Origin: an uncultured Acidimicrobiaceae bacterium
Lineage (GTDB): Bacteria; Actinomycetota; Acidimicrobiia; Acidimicrobiales; RAAP-2
Assembly: GCA_963742445.1 (NCBI GenBank)
Contig: CAVULV010000003.1
Location: 67,504 to 131,503, forward strand
Direction of reading: 5' to 3'
Length of the DNA: 64,000 bases
Below are positions 51,704 through 61,788 of the stretch, one piece after another. How positions within the stretch are numbered: position 1 is the stretch's first letter; each line of letters starts with the position of its first letter. Both the position numbers and the translations under genes were made by a program. The notes beneath the pieces are model-generated. The model was given only the letters and a program-made list of their open reading frames with translations. It did no database searches and was not told where the DNA came from.

Positions 51704-51794
51704 ACCTGTCAGACCGTCCGTTGACAAACGGTTGACATGGAACATGGCCGGGCGACGCCCACCGCAATACGCGATCGCCTGACCAGCACCTTCA

Positions 51795-51872
51795 TGGTCG
51801 GGCTGCCGGGATTTGAACCCGGGACCTCTTGACCCCCAGTCAAGCGCGCTAACCAAGCTGCGCCACAGCCCG
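51795..51872 (-). tRNA. tRNA-Pro (anticodon GGG), CCA encoded
   Basis: Reverse complement: CGGGCTG-TG-GCGC-AGCTTGGTTA-GCGC-G-CTTGA-CTGGGGG-TCAAG-AGGTC-CCGGG-TTCAAAT-CCCGG-CAGCCCG-A-CCA. This gives a full cloverleaf with anticodon loop C-U-GGG-G-G. Confidence 0.9.
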
Positions 51873-52023
51873 TGCGCCGTGTCCAGTCCGGCTCGGCTGG
51901 GTTCACCGGGCCACCGGCAGGCCGGCAGTGCCGGGCCTGGAACGACTCGAAGATGGTACCCGACCGCCGGGACAGCAAGGATTCGGCGAGCGACTCGCTA
52001 CACGGTTGTGCTCGAATGAGGTC

Positions 52024-53047
52024 ATGGCCATGGATATTGCGACCGACCTCCGCCTGGACCCCCGCCTCCGCGGCATCCTCGAAGTCATCCCGGACATCCC
52101 GCTCACGAACGTGGAGAGCCGGGAGCAGACTGATCGCCGAGGCCAACTCGCCCGAAGCGGTCGCCGGGCGGGAAGCGTTTCGGGCCTTCCAGGATCTCTG
52201 CGACGAGGCCGCACCGAGCGGCCTCGAGGTGACGATCGCGGAGTTCGTCTCGCAGCCCGACGGCAACTCCGTCAACCTGCAGATCATCCGGCCCCCTTCC
52301 GACGTCCCGCTGGCCTGCGTGTACTACATCCACGGCGGCGGTATGGCGACCCAGTCCTGCTTCGACGGGATGTACCGCGGCTGGGGGAAGCACATCGCCG
52401 CCAACGGCGTTGCCGTCGTCATGGTGGACTTCCGCAACTCCATCGTGGCCTCTTCTGCCCCCGAGGTGGCGCCCTTTCCCGCCGGACTCAACGACTGTGT
52501 CTCCGGACTGCACTGGGTGGCCGCCCACGCGGAGGAACTCAACGTCGATCGCGCCAGGATCGTCGTCGCGGGCGAGAGCGGTGGCGGAAACCTCACGCTG
52601 GCGACCGGGCTCAAGCTCAAGCGAGACGGTGACCTTGGTCTCATCAAGGGCCTCTACGCACTTTGCCCCTATATCGCGGGGCATTGGCCGACGCCCGAGT
52701 GCCCCTCATCGACCGAGAACGAGGGCATCCTGTTGCATCTCCACAACAACCGGGGCCGCATCGGTTACGGCATCGAGGCGTTCAACGAACGGAACCCTCT
52801 GGCCTGGCCGTCGTTCGCGGGCGTCGACGACGTCATGGGCCTCCCACCGACCGTGATCAACGTCAACGAGTGTGACCCGCTGCGTGACGAGGGGATCAAC
52901 TTCTACCGCTTACTCATGTCCGCCGGGGTCCAGGCCCGTTGCCGCCAGGTGATGGGAACGATGCACGGCACCGAGGTCTTCGCCATCGCGTGCCCCGACA
53001 TCAGCCGTGATACGGCGCGGGATATCGCCGGATTCACACGCGATTAG
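52024..53047 (+). CDS. Esterase/lipase, alpha/beta-hydrolase fold-3 (HSL family); 1 frame break near 52125
   Basis: 'YIHGGGMA' (HGGG oxyanion), 'VAGESGGGNL' (GxSxG), 'ECDPLRDEG' and 'GTMHG'. The N-terminus is in ORF 51928-52632. Confidence 0.75.
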
Positions 53048-53056
53048 GCGGGTCCC

Positions 53057-54474
53057 GTGCCGGTATTCCGGCGTCGGATCCCGCTACGCTCACCCGCCGT
53101 GTCCACCGACCCCTCCCACCTTCGCCCTGCACCTGCGCGCGCTCCTGACCCTGGCAGCCTCCGGGGTGCTCCTGGCCTCCTCACTTCGAGCTCCGGGTCG
53201 GCGGCGGCGACTTCGAGGGTCTCCCGTGCGGCCCTCCCGCCCGGGAAGATCAGCCACATCCTCGTGATCGAACTCGAGAACGAGGGGTATGCGGCCACCT
53301 TCGGCGCCGGCTCGCCCGCCACGTACCTGAACGGGGCGCTCCGCAGCAAGGGTGAACTGTTGCAGAACTACTACGCAACCGGTCACGCCAGCTTGGACAA
53401 CTACATCGCCCAGGTCTCCGGGCAGGCGCCGACGCTGGACACGCAGGCGGACTGTGCCGACAACGGGTTCGCCTTTGCGGACGTGGCACCCGGCACCCCC
53501 GACGCCGACCAGGCCGCGAACCCCGGGCAGGTCGACGGTCAGGGATGTGTCTACCCCACCTCCGTCGCGACGATCGCCTCGCAGCTCGACGCCAAGTACG
53601 CCCCGAACAAGACGACGCACGTCGCGGCCTGGCGGGCCTATGAGCAGGACATGGGCAACACGCCCTCGCGTGACGGTGGCACAGCGGACGCCAGCGGTGG
53701 CACGGATTGCGGGCATCCGGCCATCGGCACCACGGACACGGCCGAGGTGGCCACGCCGGCCGACCAGTACACCACGCGGCACGACCCGTTCGTCTGGTTC
53801 CATTCCGTGATCGACAACACGGCGGAGTGCAACTGCCAACGTGGTTCCGCTCGGCACGTTGGGCAGCAACGGACTCCCTTCGCCCTCGGGCCATCTGGCG
53901 AAGGATCTTCACAGCGAGAGCACCACGCCGCGGTTCGGCTTCATCACTCCGAATCTCTGCAACGACGGACACGACGCGACCTGCGCCGGTCCCAACAGCA
54001 CCGGCGGTCACGTCGGGGGCCTCACCGGGGCCGACCAGTTCCTGCACGCCTGGATGCCCCTGATCCTCGGCTCACCCGCCTACAAGCACGGCGACATGCT
54101 CGTGGTCGTCACCTTCGACGAGGCCGACCTCGGCGGACCGACCGCCGACGTCGCCTGCTGTAACGAGGCTTCGGGACCCAACACCCACGCACCTGGCAAT
54201 GCCGGGGCGTCGACGGACAGCGCCGCACCCGGCGGAGGCCAGGTCGGTGCAGTGCTGCTCAGCGCCAAGTACATCAAGCCCGGTTCGACCGACACGACTG
54301 GTTCGTACAACCACTATTCGGCATTGCGGAGCTACGAGGACCTCCTCGGACTGACCACTGGGGGCACCGACGGTCAGGGACACCTCGGCTACGCCGCGCG
54401 CCAAGGGACTGGTTCCCTTCGGGACCGATGTCTTCCCCGCCAAGCTCAGCGGAGCGACCAAGAGCACGCCCTAG
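53057..54474 (+). CDS. Secreted phosphoesterase-family protein (AcpA / phospholipase C-like, PF04185-type); about 2-3 frame breaks
   Basis: 'ILVIELENEGYAATFG', 'NYYATGHASLDNYIAQVSG', 'ITPNLCNDGHD' and 'VVVTFDEAD'. The 3' end 'VPFGTDVFPAKLSGATKSTP*' is in a third frame. Confidence 0.65.
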
Positions 54475-54486
54475 AGATCCGAGCGG

Positions 54487-55003
54487 TCAATCCAACCGGC
54501 GCATCGTGGCCCGGTACCGCTTGCCGTTGGCCACGTACTCCGCGGCGGAGATCCGGTTCATGCGCAGGTCGGAGCGACCCTCGAAGATCTTCGCCGGCAC
54601 GCCCAGGGCCAGCGCCCCGGCGGGACGACCATGTTGTTGGGCACCACCGCGTTCGCGCCCACGGTCGCGCCCCGTCCGATCCGGGCCCAGTGCAGCACCA
54701 CGCTCCCTGAGCCCGCCAGGGACCCGTCCTCGAGGGTGCAGCCCTCGAGGTGCGTGAGGTGGCCGACGACACATCCGTCGCCGATGATGGTGGGAAAGCC
54801 GGGGCCGGCATGAATGACGGTGCCGTCCTGAATGGACGAGCCCGATCCGACGGTGATGTTGCCGAAGTCGCCGCGAAGCACCGCTTGCGGCCACACGCTC
54901 GACTCGGCGCCGATCACGACGTCACCGATGAGGACGGCGTCGGGATGAACGAAGGCATCGGCGTCGATCCGCGGTGCGACGCCGTCGAGTTCGTAGATCG
55001 GCA
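54487..55003 (-). CDS. Gamma-carbonic-anhydrase-like / hexapeptide-repeat (LbH) protein; 1 frame break
   Basis: 'MPIYELDGVAPRIDADAFVHPDAVLIGDVVIG..SVWPQAVLRGD..I.VG..SSIQDGTVIH' and C-terminal 'AEYVANGKRY'. Confidence 0.75.
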
Positions 55004-55015
55004 TGGCCGCGGACG

Positions 55016-55219
55016 CTACACGTGGGCCGCGATCCAGGTCACGCCCTGGTAGCCGCGATAGCCGAGATAGATCACGCTGGCCACCAGCATCAACTTGAAG
55101 TACCACGGGATCGGCTGGCGCTCCTGCTCGGCCAGGATCGTGCCGCACGTCGGGCACTCGCCCTCCTCCCCCAGTTCCTCGTCCTCGACGAGGGTGTCAC
55201 ACTCCTCGCACCATGGCAT
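55016..55219 (-). CDS. Small zinc-ribbon protein with a C-terminal TM helix
   Basis: 'MPWCEECDTLV..ECPTCGTIL' (CxxC..CxxC) followed by 'WYFKLMLVASVIYLGY'. Intact 67-aa ORF downstream of der. Confidence 0.5.
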   Translation of the reverse strand: MPWCEECDTLVEDEELGEEGECPTCGTILAEQERQPIPWYFKLMLVASVIYLGYRGYQGVTWIAAHV

Positions 55220-55235
55220 CAGATCCGGTCGCCCC

Positions 55236-56564
55236 TCACTTGCCGCCGATCCTCACCCGCAGCTTCATCGGCGTCGCCCCGAAATCGAACTTCTCGCGCA
55301 AGCCGCGCTCGATGTAGCGGAGATACGTCTGCGGCAAGGCGCCCGTTCGTGAAGAGCGTGAACGTGGGCGGGTCGATCGCTCCCTGCACGATGTAGCGGA
55401 TCCTCGCCCGTGGTGCCGGCTGGCGGGCCTGCAACTCCTGGACGGCGCGGTTGAGCGTCCCGGTGGGCACCCGCTGGTGATACGACTCGACGGAGTCGCG
55501 GAGAGCCGGGAGGATGCGATGTACCCCCTTCCCCGAGAGCGCCGACATCTTGAGCACGGGTGCAGATCCGAGGAAGGCCAGACGGTCACCCACACCGGCC
55601 AGGACGTCATCGCGGTCCTCGGTCGGCACCTGGTCCCACTTGTTCAGCGCCACGATGGCCGGGCAGCCGGACACGCCGATGCGCTCGGCCAACCGCTGGT
55701 CCTGGTGCGATGCACCAACGGTGGCGTCGATGACCAGGATGGCCACGTCGGCGCGCTCCAGGGCACGCAGGGCCCGCAGCGTGGCGTGTTGCTCGGTGCC
55801 ACGATCGGTCTTGGACGGCCGGCGCAGGCCCGCCGTGTCGATGAAGCACACGGGTCCGTCCGGCGTCTCGACGACGGTGTCGATTGCGTCGCGTGTCGTC
55901 CCCGGCATGTCGTGCACGATGGAGCGCTCCTCGCCCAGGAGACGGTTGAAGAGCGTCGACTTGCCCACATTGGGGCGGCCGATGATGGCGACCCGCGGCG
56001 TGCCGGGCTCGGCCTTCCCGTGGGCGGGACCGAAATCCGGATCCACCTCCTCACCCCGGTCCTCGCCGGGCAACGGGAGCAGACCCACGACTTCGTCGAG
56101 CAGGTCACCCGTGCCGCGCCCGTGCAGCGCGCTGACCGGAAAGGGGTCGCCCAGCCCGAGCGAGACGAACTCCCACGTGGGCGCTTCCCGGTTGGCGTCG
56201 TCGACCTTGTTGACGACGAGGCGCACCGGTGGGCCGGCGCGCCGGATCACCTTGGCCGCCGCCAGGTCCTCCTCCGTCACCCCGGTCGTGACGTCGACCA
56301 CCATGAGCACGACGTCCGCGTCGGCCAACGCCCGCTCGGCCTGGTCGCTCACCTTGGCCTCGAGGGCGTCTCCGCCCGCCAGCCACCCACCGGTGTCCAT
56401 GACGGAGAAGGGCACCCCGGACCATTCGGCCGTCAACACCTTCCGGTCCCGGGTGACGCCCTGCTCCTCTTCGACCACCGCGGCCCGAGAGCCGACGATG
56501 CGGTTCACCAGCGACGACTTTCCGACGTTGGGTCGTCCTGCGACCACCACCATGGGCAGGCTCA
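55236..56564 (-). CDS. der: Ribosome-biogenesis GTPase Der (EngA), tandem GTPase domains plus KH-like tail; 1 frame break near 55330
   Basis: 'VVVAGRPNVGKSSL' and 'VAIIGRPNVGKSTLFN' (two P-loops), 'DTGG' / 'DTAG', 'NKVD' / 'NKWD' and the tail 'YLRYIERGLREKFDFGATPMKL'. Confidence 0.9.
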
Positions 56565-57946
56565 TGCCGCGCAGGCCGGCCGGAAGGTCGTGCCGTCGAG
56601 GGCGACGCGGAGCGATCGACCGTCCGCCGGCACCACTTCGACCGGCCGCGGCAGGTCGGCCAGCGTGAGCCCGTCGAGGAAGCGGCCCTCGTTCAGGCAT
56701 GCGTCGGGCAACAGACAGCGCGAACCTTCGGGCACCGTCGCCCAGGGCCCGGGCCACGTCTTCTCCCGTGAGCAGACCTGCCACGCCGATGTTGCCGCCG
56801 AAGAAGTCGTTGGGCACGGCCGCACCTCGATGTCATCGCGGGAGTGAGCCGCCACCAGCGGTCCCAGCACGAGCGCCCCGTAGGTGCCGGTCAGCACCGT
56901 GACCGGCCGAGCATCCATCCCTGCCGGTTCGGCCGGGAGACGCGGCGCGCGGTAGCCCTCCGCCGGTGCGCCGTCAACCGAGGCGAAGAACCCGTGGCGC
57001 ACGCCGCCAGGCCTCCGGCCGCAGGTCGGGTGAAGGACTCGGCGAAGGACCGCGCCATCCCGATGCCGTTCTCGTGTTGGGGGAAGCCCTCGTAGTGACT
57101 GACCCGGGGCAGGTCACGTCCCGCCAGGAGGTAGAACTCGTCCGCGGCGAAGATCATGCGGTGCCCGAGCGCTCGGCGAAACAGGCGCTGCCACTCGTGC
57201 ACCGTGTCGAGCACCTGCACCGCCTCGGCCTCGGTGTGGGGACGCATCTCGGGTTCGTTCGAGTATCGGCTGAGACCGAGCGGCACAGCGCCGACGCTGG
57301 CCAGCGCCGGGTACCGGTCGAAGATCCCCGCCAGCGTGTCCTCCAACGCGGCACCGTCGTTGACACCGGGACAGACGACGACCTGGCCGTGGACCTCGAT
57401 CCCGCCGTCGAGGAGCACCTGCAGCCAGCGCAGACTGGTGGCTCCCTTCGGGTTGCGCAGCATGCTCGCCCGCAACTCGGGATCCGTGGTGTGAATGGAG
57501 ACGAACAGCGGCCCGAGGCGCTCGGTGAGGATGCGTTCCGCGTCGAGCTCGGTGAACCGGGTCAGCGTGGTGAAGTTGCCGTACAGGAACGAGAGCCGGT
57601 AGTCGTCGTCCTTGAGGTAGAGGCTACGGCGCATGCCCTTGGGCAACTGGTAGATGAAGCAGAAGGCGCAGTGGTTGTCGCAGGTGCGGATGCGGTCGAA
57701 TACGGCAGAGGACACCTCGACCCCGAGAGGCTCGCCCACGGCCTTGTCGACACGCACCACCCGGGGCAGCGGCGCGCCGGCGCGCCGAACCAGGACGCTG
57801 AGGTCGGCCGCGTCACTGAGGCGTTGGAAATCGATGACGTCGCGCGGCTCCTGCCCACCGATGCTCAAGAGCTCGTCACCCACGGCCAGTCCGGCCCGGG
57901 CTGCCGGCGACGCCGCGGTGACCGAAGTCACCGTGGGAGCTGACAT
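56562..57946 (-). CDS. PDZ plus radical-SAM-like DUF512 protein; about 2-3 frame breaks
   Basis: PDZ-like 'AARAGLAVGDELLSIGG', 'CDNHCAFCF' (CxxxCxxC) and 'SFLYGNFTTLT'. ATGA overlap with the der start. Confidence 0.65.
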
Positions 57947-57978
57947 GGGACCAGGTTACTGCCGGTAACCTGGACTTT

Positions 57979-59032
57979 GTGCCCGGAGTGGATCGAGTGA
58001 TGCTGGCCGAGCCACGGGGGTTCTGTGCCGGCGTCGAGAAGGCGATCAAGGCCCTGGCCTGGATGGTCCGGGTCTTCGAGCCGCCGGTCTACTGCTACCA
58101 CGAGATCGTGCACAACCGCCATGTGGTCGAGCGCTTCCGCCAGCAGGGCGTCATCTTCGTCGACGACGTGGCCGACGTGCCCGCCGGGGCACCCCTCATG
58201 CTCAGCGCCCATGGTTCGGCTCCTGAGGTCGTCGACGCGGCTCGGGGCCGGGGCGGGGTCGTCGTCGACGCCGTGTGCCCACTCGTGACGAAGGTTCACC
58301 ACGAGCTGAAGGTACGGAGCCGAAAGGGCTACACCGTCCTCTACGTCGGGCATGCCGGGCACGAGGAGGCGGTCGGCACCATGGCGGTGGCCCCTCAGTC
58401 GGTGCGCCTCCTCGAGAGGGAGGAGGATCTCGAAGCTCTCGGGGACCTCGAAGCAGACGGCGCGCCGGTCGCGCTCCTGGCCCAGACGACGCTCAGTCAC
58501 GACGAGTGGCGCGGCCTCATGGAGGCAGCCCGTCACCGCTTCCCCGACCTCTGGATGCCCAATCGGAGCGACCTGTGCTTCGCGACCACGAACCGGCAGG
58601 CCGCCCTGAAGGCAATCGCCTCCGAATCCGATGCCGTGGTCGTGATCGGCTCTGCCAATTCCTCCAACACCGTGGCGCTCGAGAAGGTCGCGAAGGCAGG
58701 TGGGTGCCCACGGGTCCTGCGGGTCAACGAGGCCGACGAACTGCCCGCCGACCTCACCGGCACGGTGGGCGTGACGGCCGGAGCTTCGGCACCCGAGGCG
58801 CTGGTCGAACGAGGTGATCGCCCGGCTCGCTCCGACGGACGGGGTCACGGAGGTCACCGTCACGACGGAGGACGAGTATTTCCCACCCCCGCCCGAACTC
58901 CGGGAGCTGCTGCGGACAGTGGGCTCTACGCTGGGCCTTTTCGCCGGCCGCCCCGTGGCCGGCCGAACGGACCCCGCCGCGGAGGATCGTGCGATCTCCG
59001 CCGCCGACGTGCTCGACCTGCTGGCCTCCTGA
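57979..59032 (+). CDS. ispH: 4-hydroxy-3-methylbut-2-enyl diphosphate reductase; 1 frame break near 58810
   Basis: 'LAEPRGFCAGVEKAI', 'HEIVHN', 'DAVCPLVTKVH', 'LAQTTLS' and 'SANSSNT'. Confidence 0.9.
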
Positions 59033-59057
59033 GTGCGGCAGGCGCGATGATTGTCAC

Positions 59058-59600
59058 ATGACGTTCACCCGCATGGACCAGTCGACGGCGGAGCAGTGGC
59101 AGCACATCATCGTCGAGTCGATCGCGCACCAGCCGCGAGTTGCCGACCGCGTGCTCGCGATGCTGGCGTCGCTCGAGGAGATCACGGACGGCTTCGAGGT
59201 GGATCAGCTGGTGCACTCGCTGCAGACGGCGACCCGCGCCGAGGAGGCCGGGGCCTCCGACGAGGTCGTCGTGGCCTCGCTGTGCCACGACATCGGCAAG
59301 GCCGTCTCCGTCATGAACCATCCGCGCATCGCGGCAGAGATCTTGCGTCCGTACGTCAGCGAGGACACGTACCACATGATCCTGGCGCATCAGGACTTCC
59401 AGGGGAAGCACTACTACGAGTATCTCGGCCAGGATCCGAACGCCCGGGACCAGTACGTCGGCGAACCCTGGTACGGGCTGGCGGAGCAGTTCGCGGACGA
59501 CTGGGACCAGACGAGCTTCGACCCCGCCTACCCGACCAAGCCGCTCTCGCACTTCGAGCCCCTGGTCCGTCAGGTCTTCTCGACGCCTCGGGCGTTTTGA
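59058..59600 (+). CDS. HD-domain metal-dependent hydrolase/oxygenase-like protein
   Basis: Intact ORF with 'QLVHSLQTATRAEE' and 'SLCHDIGK' (the HD dyad), then 'HPRIAAEIL..HMILAHQ'. Confidence 0.55.
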   Translation: MTFTRMDQSTAEQWQHIIVESIAHQPRVADRVLAMLASLEEITDGFEVDQLVHSLQTATRAEEAGASDEVVVASLCHDIGKAVSVMNHPRIAAEILRPYVSEDTYHMILAHQDFQGKHYYEYLGQDPNARDQYVGEPWYGLAEQFADDWDQTSFDPAYPTKPLSHFEPLVRQVFSTPRAF

Positions 59601-60427
59601 TCGCCCTCGGCGGCGCCACCTCGAGCGCCAGCATCCGCACTGACCCCGATCGTGCGCGCCGCGTCATCGAGGAGTCGCGCCGCGAATTCGACCAGCGCCA
59701 TCCCGACGTCAAGCTCTCCCCCGTGGTCGGCCTCATCTGCGCGTACGACGAGGAGGACAACATCGGGGCGGTTCTGGCGGCCATGCCGACGGAGGCGTGC
59801 GGCCTCGCCGTGACCACACTCGTCGTCGTCGACGGCGGGACCGACAAGACCGATCAGGTCGCCAAGGACTCCGGAGCGGTGACCTTCGTGCTGAGCGAGA
59901 ACCTCGGGCACGGTTATGCCCTCCGAGTCGGTTACGCGCTCTGCATCGAATTGGACGCGCAGTACGTCGTCACGCTCGACGCCGACGGGCAGAACGATCC
60001 CGCAGAGATCCCGGTCATGTTGCAGCCGTTGGTCGACGACGACGCGGACTTCGTCGTGGCGTCACGGGTGCTCGGACGGGACACGACGACCGACCGTTTC
60101 CGCAAGGCGGGCGTCCGTGTGTTCTCGCTCGTGATGAGCGGCATGGGCCGCACCAAGCTCACCGACACGTCCAACGGCTACCGGGCACTCCGCGTGAGCA
60201 TGCTCGACGACGTGGCGTACCGCCTCGTCCAACCGCAGTACCAGACGGCGGAGCTCCTCATCATCGCCATGAAGCGCGGGTGGCGTGTGACCGAACGCCC
60301 CACCGTCTGGCTGCCGCGGGCGTCCGGGACGACCAAGAAGGGCAAGAACTGGCTCTTCGGTGTGCGCTACGGACGCGTCGTGCTCGGGACGTGGTGGAAG
60401 GTGCGCAGGGAGCCGCGGCACTCCTGA
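59597..60427 (+). CDS. GT2-family glycosyltransferase (start uncertain; TTG at 59597)
   Basis: 'VVGLICAYDEEDNIG', 'VVDGGTDKT', 'LDADGQNDP' (DxD) and 'DTSNGYRAL' in the second half of ORF 59051-60427. Confidence 0.65.
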   Translation: MIALGGATSSASIRTDPDRARRVIEESRREFDQRHPDVKLSPVVGLICAYDEEDNIGAVLAAMPTEACGLAVTTLVVVDGGTDKTDQVAKDSGAVTFVLSENLGHGYALRVGYALCIELDAQYVVTLDADGQNDPAEIPVMLQPLVDDDADFVVASRVLGRDTTTDRFRKAGVRVFSLVMSGMGRTKLTDTSNGYRALRVSMLDDVAYRLVQPQYQTAELLIIAMKRGWRVTERPTVWLPRASGTTKKGKNWLFGVRYGRVVLGTWWKVRREPRHS

Positions 60428-60443
60428 GGCGGCGGGCGGCGCG

Positions 60444-61185
60444 CTCAGTACCTGCCGGTCTTCGCCTTGGCCTCGTCGTAGACGGCCTGGAGTTGCGGAA
60501 CGAGCGCCTCCGTGGTGGCGTGGACGGCCGAGCGCGACACGCGGCCACCCCCGGTCCGGGGAGGCGGCAGGGATGGCGGGGCCGATCACCACCTGAATGG
60601 TGTGCGGCTTCGGGACCGCACTGCCCTTGGGCATGGCCAGGTCGGACCCACCGATGCCGACCGGCACGATGGGCGCACCCGTCCGTGCGGAGAGGAAGGC
60701 CGCCCCCTCCATCAGGTCCTCGATCACCGGGCCCTCCCGCCTCGTGCCTTCCGGGAAGAGGACGAGCACCTCGCCCTTGCGCAGCACCTCCTCGGCACGC
60801 TGGAGCGCCTCACGATCGGCCGACTCCCGGTGCACGGGGAAGGCTCCGACGGTCAGCAGCAGCTTGCCGAGCCACTTGTTCTTCCACATCTCGTCCTTGG
60901 TCATGAAGAAGAGCTTGCGCTCGGTGCAGAAGGCAGCGAACCCGAAGTCGGCGAAGGACCGGTGCACCGGGGCGAGGATCACCGGGCCAGTCTCCGGGAT
61001 GTGCTCCCTGCCCACGACCTTGGGACGGAACCAGGTCCACAATGCCGTCACGAAGATCGCGCGCTCGGTCCGGTAGAGGGCGGTACGCCTCGGGTCGACC
61101 TCGAACGCCTGGTGGCGGCCCGGTGCGACCGGGTCCCCGGTTCGTCCCCCGACTCGGCGGCTGCGCCCGGCTCGCTCACAGCCAT
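60444..61185 (-). CDS. plsC: 1-acyl-sn-glycerol-3-phosphate acyltransferase; about 2 frame breaks
   Basis: 'LAPVHRSFADF' (HxxxxD), 'LVLFPEGTR' and 'APIVPVGIGG' in ORF 60062-61051. The start ATG at 61185 overlaps the cmk end. Confidence 0.75.
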
Positions 61186-61788
61186 GACATCACCTCCTCG
61201 ACCACATCCTGCACGGTTCGCCCGGTCGTATCGAGGCGATGCGCGTCGTCGGCCTCGCGAAGCGGTGACGCGTCGCGTGTCGAGTCGATCCGGTCCCGCC
61301 GGGCCACGCCCTCGGGCGCCTCGTCGTTGCGTCGCCGGGCCCGCTCCTCCGGGGAGGCTGTGAGGTAGACCTTCACCTGGGCATGCGGGAAGACGACCGA
61401 TCCGATGTCCCGTCCCTCGACGACTCCCCCGCCGTGCACGTCGGCCCAGGTCCGCTGGCGCTGGACCAGATGGCGGCGAACCTCCGGGTTGGCCGCCACG
61501 ATCGAGACCGCGCGGCCGACCTCTGGGCTGCGGATCTGCGCGGTGACATCGAGCCCGTCGATGGTGACCCGCTCCCCGATTTCGATCGTCGAGCCGGCGG
61601 CGAGCGCCGCCACGGCGTCGGCGTCGTCCGGTGCCGTGCCCCGCTCGAGCGCGAGGGCGGCCACGGCGCGGTACATGGCCCCCGTGTCGAGACGCTCGAC
61701 CCCGAGTCGATCCGCCACGGCGGTCGACACGGTGGACTTCCCGGCACCGGCCGGCCCGTCGATGGCCACGATGAGGGGCCACGGCACC
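61176..61788 (-). CDS. cmk: Cytidylate kinase (start assumed at GTG 61788; no upstream stop in frame)
   Basis: 'IVAIDGPAGAGKSTVS', 'LDTGAMYRAV', 'VVEGRDIGSVVFP' and 'KVYLTASPEERARRR'. Confidence 0.85.

Noticed and set aside
39041-51872. Search for a tyrosine or serine integrase, excisionase, relaxase or FtsK-like transfer protein that would make the region an intact island or AICE.
   Set aside because: No ORF shows R..HxxR..Y or serine-recombinase motifs. The only 'integrase-core' protein (50056-51528) is a DDE transposase with its own inverted repeats.
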